A DNA stretch of 64,000 nucleotides from Amphiscolops sp. MND2022. Taxonomy: Eukaryota. Under the pieces are notes generated by a model that did not search any database, had not been told where the DNA came from, and saw only the letters and a program-made list of their open reading frames with translations. The DNA lies in the NCBI GenBank assembly GCA_964187785.1, contig OZ076409.1, positions 22,136,001-22,200,000 on the forward strand, written 5' to 3'. Positions 60,201 through 64,000 of this stretch are shown piece after piece. The translations under genes and the position numbers were made by a program. Positions within the stretch are counted from its first letter, which is position 1; every line of letters begins with the position of its first letter.

Positions 60201-63200
60201 TAGGTGCAATGATAATATTGTCAGGCTTTTTTTGACTTCGAGTCTTCATATTTGACCTGAGAAAAGGAATTTGAAAGCATTGATGAGAAAAAATCGTTTT
60301 AACAACGGTGAAAAACAGGGCAACAATGATCATCATTAACTAACTAATTTACTTTACAGAACCAACATATTTATAACTCCCTGGCATCATGTTTTCCTCA
60401 CCAAAAATTCCTAGGTGTCATAAAAATCGGGTTTGTTAACACAACTCAGTTGATTCATATTATTCAGGACCGGCGTCTACAGTTCAGGTATCGAAAATCC
60501 TAGTTACGTCAACTCTGCGTCAAAATTGTTGAAAACATTTTTGTTCTGCTCAAAATGGCTGTACACTGGAAGTCTAATTGACAGTTTCATCAATGAAAGC
60601 ACGCTGGCGTGAACAATTAGTCAACTTTCCAATCAATTCTGGAATCGAGACAAAAGTATGACTCGCGAATAATGGCAACGCAACTGAAACTGAGCAAAAC
60701 AAAATTCGAGAGCAAAAATCTCTGAATACAGATTAGAAGGAGCGAACGATGCCGGAATAACACATTCCAGTTTTTGCCAATAATATTAGCACGAACGTAA
60801 AACTACATGAAAATATCTAAGCTAACCGAAAAACCACACAAATACAAAAAACGGAAACTTTTCGGTCAACAAATTCCACACTTTGGAAAATGCTAATCAG
60901 AACATCGGTTAGTAACAAAAACATGGTATTGTTTCGATTGACAAATCCGATTTTGAAGTTTAAATGCAGAACACTCAATGAAAACACTGGTGAGAACTTC
61001 ATCTAAAAGAAAGTATCCATTCAAATGACGGTGTCCTTACGTTGTATTCTATTCAAGAAACCTCTGCAATTCATCAATTTTCGAGGAAATGTCTTACTAA
61101 ACTGTTTTTCAGTCCCTTTTGTGATAACTATAATCTTACAGTTGCTCCGTAACGTCTCCGGTTGTATTAAAAGTAGCTATAGCTGACCAGCAGATGACGG
61201 ATACGTTATGTTGAGCTTTAGAAAGTATCTCCAATTCTCTATTTAGTGACTTCACGAAGTCAATCGAATAAATAACCTGTTTCTACTATAGCTGTCTTGA
61301 AGCCGTCACAAAAAGCATTCAACTTAGTTCACAGCAGTATGTTCAATTGCGTATAGAGCGCCAACAGCCGCTAACTTTTTGAGCACATCAAAACTGGTCA
61401 AAAACGTAAATCCTAGAAGGGCAATCCTTCGAAAAACAAACACTAGATGTCGCGAAACCCACACGACTGTTATCGATTAGAACACGATTACTGCTATTCA
61501 AATTACTGTGATGACTTATTTGAAATGATTTTTGTGACTTCATCAAGACAGCTATGCTAGCAGTTTTTAACTGTTTAGAAAAATTTCCTCTCGGCAATTT
61601 CTTTTCGACAAATTTCCTTTCAACAAAGAAAGGAATATTTCAACAATGCTTTTCAAGCAAAAACAGGGGTGGCCTTGGTCAAATTGTTGTTGGAAAATAA
61701 AAGTGCTGTTTGAAATTTTACGCCATCCAACCGTTGACAAGTTTTTAAACGACAGTTTTTTTACTACATGCCCAGGGTAAAACGATTGCGAAACATCACT
61801 AAATATACTACCATTGATGCAAGTATTACCATCAATTTGATGATCCAGAAACCACATTCTCCGTATTAGTCTCAAACAATTTTTTAGTAACGTAAATTTC
61901 ACGTCGTGGGTTACTTTTTAAAGTTTTTTGTTGTTGTTCAATGAAATAATTACTTTTCAGTTTTGATGAAAAGGAACGAAAAACCACTGAATTATTGTTT
62001 TTTTAATATTGAGATTGATAATTTCTTTACCGGCACATGCATTACAATACATATGCCGCAAAAGTGGATTTCATCATCCAGTGTAAAGTGTGTTTTCCGT
62101 AAAACGAGAGAAAACCGTATTCTAGTCAAATAGTGCACCGTGTTCATCGCGGATTGTGATGCACAGTGTAACAATAAATTTTGCATTGTAATCATTGAGC
62201 CTGATTGTGTAAAGTAGTCATTTACTGTATTTTGATCACGACGCGTAACGCCAAATCACACAGTTAAACGAGCAAAACACGTAACGCGTATCAGAAATAT
62301 TAACTTGTTTTTATTGGCTGTTGATCGAACTAGCAAGATCCTGCTAGTTCGTTGCGGCATATGTATCGTAATGTGGATATTTTGTGCTATTTTTGAAAGA
62401 TAAACTCGACATTTCGTTTGACATTGTTTCTAGCTCATTTCCGCTAATAGTAAAAGTTTCCCACTGGTAACTGTGCTACACTGTGAAACGTCGATTAAAC
62501 CAGATATTACAACTCCTTTTCATTTCCGTTACTTTCATCTACCACCCTTGTCCAATTCTTCCGCGAAATATTAGTTCCTTTTTTTCTCGTTCTACCGAAT
62601 TCTTATATTTGTTCACACCTAGCGTGTTTGACTAACGCATATTTTGTCGCCATATTGGCGATAAGTCAAGAACAATCTATGGCAAAAAGATGACTTCAAC
62701 ACTGTCTGGTCAAATAGTAAATGAAAGTATGAGATAATCTAGGAATTTCTCTTCTCGACAAAATGACAATTGATTGAAATAAATTCAAAGCAGCGATGTT
62801 CTCAACTTAGTCATTTTCATTTCACGTTTGTAAAAGTCCTGCGATTTTTTAGGAAAGAACAAATATGCTAGCAATGTATAAATAAGTTGTAATAATTTAA
62901 TTTTGTAGACAATTCGGAAATTAGTTGTTTGAATTTCTGGATCAATGACAAAACTATTTCTCGATTGAAATTTTCTCGACCGCAACGTTTTCCCTAAGCC
63001 TCAGAAATGGAAGCAATTCGTCGAAAGAAGATAAAACCCCTGGAACGCACTTAAAAACAGTTACAGAGGATAATAACTCTTTGCGCGTAGAGGTGACAAA
63101 ACAATATTTTCAACAGAACAGTGAGATTAGTGCCTCACGAACTCAACGCGACAAGAGGAAATTACTCAACTGTTAAGAAAGCTCCGCTCAGCCAGACAAT

Positions 63201-63649
63201 GAAACTTACGGGTCCGTGGCGATCCGTCGCTAATACGACCATCTTTTTCCTTTTGCTGTCTTTCGCACTGAAAAGTATCTGTACGTGGAAGCTCTGTGCA
63301 AGCAAACAAGGTGAAAATTTTCAAAAACATACATAGATAGAACTTCAAATAATTCGGTGGCTGATTTTCATACCGACTTTGCGGAAGCCTTCATCCTAGT
63401 GAAAACAATGAAATGGTGAAAAAAGTAAAAACGACTGGAGATTTAGGCTGTTCCTCGATTTACTCCATGATTACCTGGAACGACAAACTAAGCACTTCAA
63501 AATTTCAAGTACGATCTCTGACTAGCTGAAAACGACGCGTGGAGGACCTTAAGCCTTAAGGTTTCGCCGTTGGTCGCGTACTCTTTTAAAACTTTTTTTA
63601 AAGGACTTACGTTTTTTTTTCAATAGCTACCCACGTTTTTTTTCAATCT

Positions 63650-64000
63650 TTGCGAATCTGTAAAGATCTGCAGGATTTTTTCTGCTGGGTTCTGCAAAGA
63701 TCGTTGCATTGAATCTTGAAGATCCATACAGATCTGCAAGATCTTTACAGAAGTGTGCAGATTTTTTTAAAGATTTCTGCAGAAATATGTTTTTCTGCAG
63801 CTTCTAAGGAACCAATATACTGATTTTTGGACTTCTTCAACTACTTCATCGAGTAGTTTAGCTGACCTAGGGTCAGTCAGTTGAAACTCTCCATCACTCA
63901 AAAGTCTTGAGAAGGAAAATTTGTCCCCATCACGAAAAATTTTGTGACGGGATAAATTTTGACATGTGGCAACCATCTGAGTTGGTCGATGTGTTGATGA
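63650..64000 (+). repeat. Dispersed AGATCTG-rich repeat, related to 20960-21600
   Basis: Shared blocks as above; runs off the window end. Confidence 0.7.

Noticed and set aside
58100..63600. Short ORFs, some Cys/His-containing
   Set aside because: No coherent exon structure or recognisable domain; probably old repeat debris.

Overview
AT-rich eukaryotic (probably invertebrate animal) DNA with spliceosomal GT-AG introns. 1-21 kb is repeat-rich: a decayed Penelope-like retroelement whose RT contains an in-frame PHD finger, a decayed hAT transposon, Helentron-type non-autonomous repeats, a Tc1/mariner-type MITE and one intact host gene (DDX49/Dbp8-like DEAD-box helicase). The main feature is a ~13-14 kb cassette present twice (about 23.7-37.2 kb and 37.4-50.9 kb, separated by a 200-N gap). 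It carries two divergent intron-containing genes. One is a six-exon gene that splices into a single ~1120-aa protein fusing a SUV4-20/KMT5-type SET domain, zinc-finger-like motifs and a tyrosine recombinase. The other is a five-exon zinc finger + KDM2/KDM7-type JmjC demethylase gene (646 aa, intact in the second copy). A ~180-bp tandem array lies between the two genes, and a fixed-spacing 28-bp palindrome recurs in the cassette's non-coding DNA. It looks like a tyrosine-recombinase mobile element carrying its own histone methyl writer and eraser. Decayed Polinton/adintovirus-like capsid and packaging-ATPase fragments follow (50.9-54.2 kb), then degenerate sequence I cannot assign. Exon models and family calls were made by eye without database searches.
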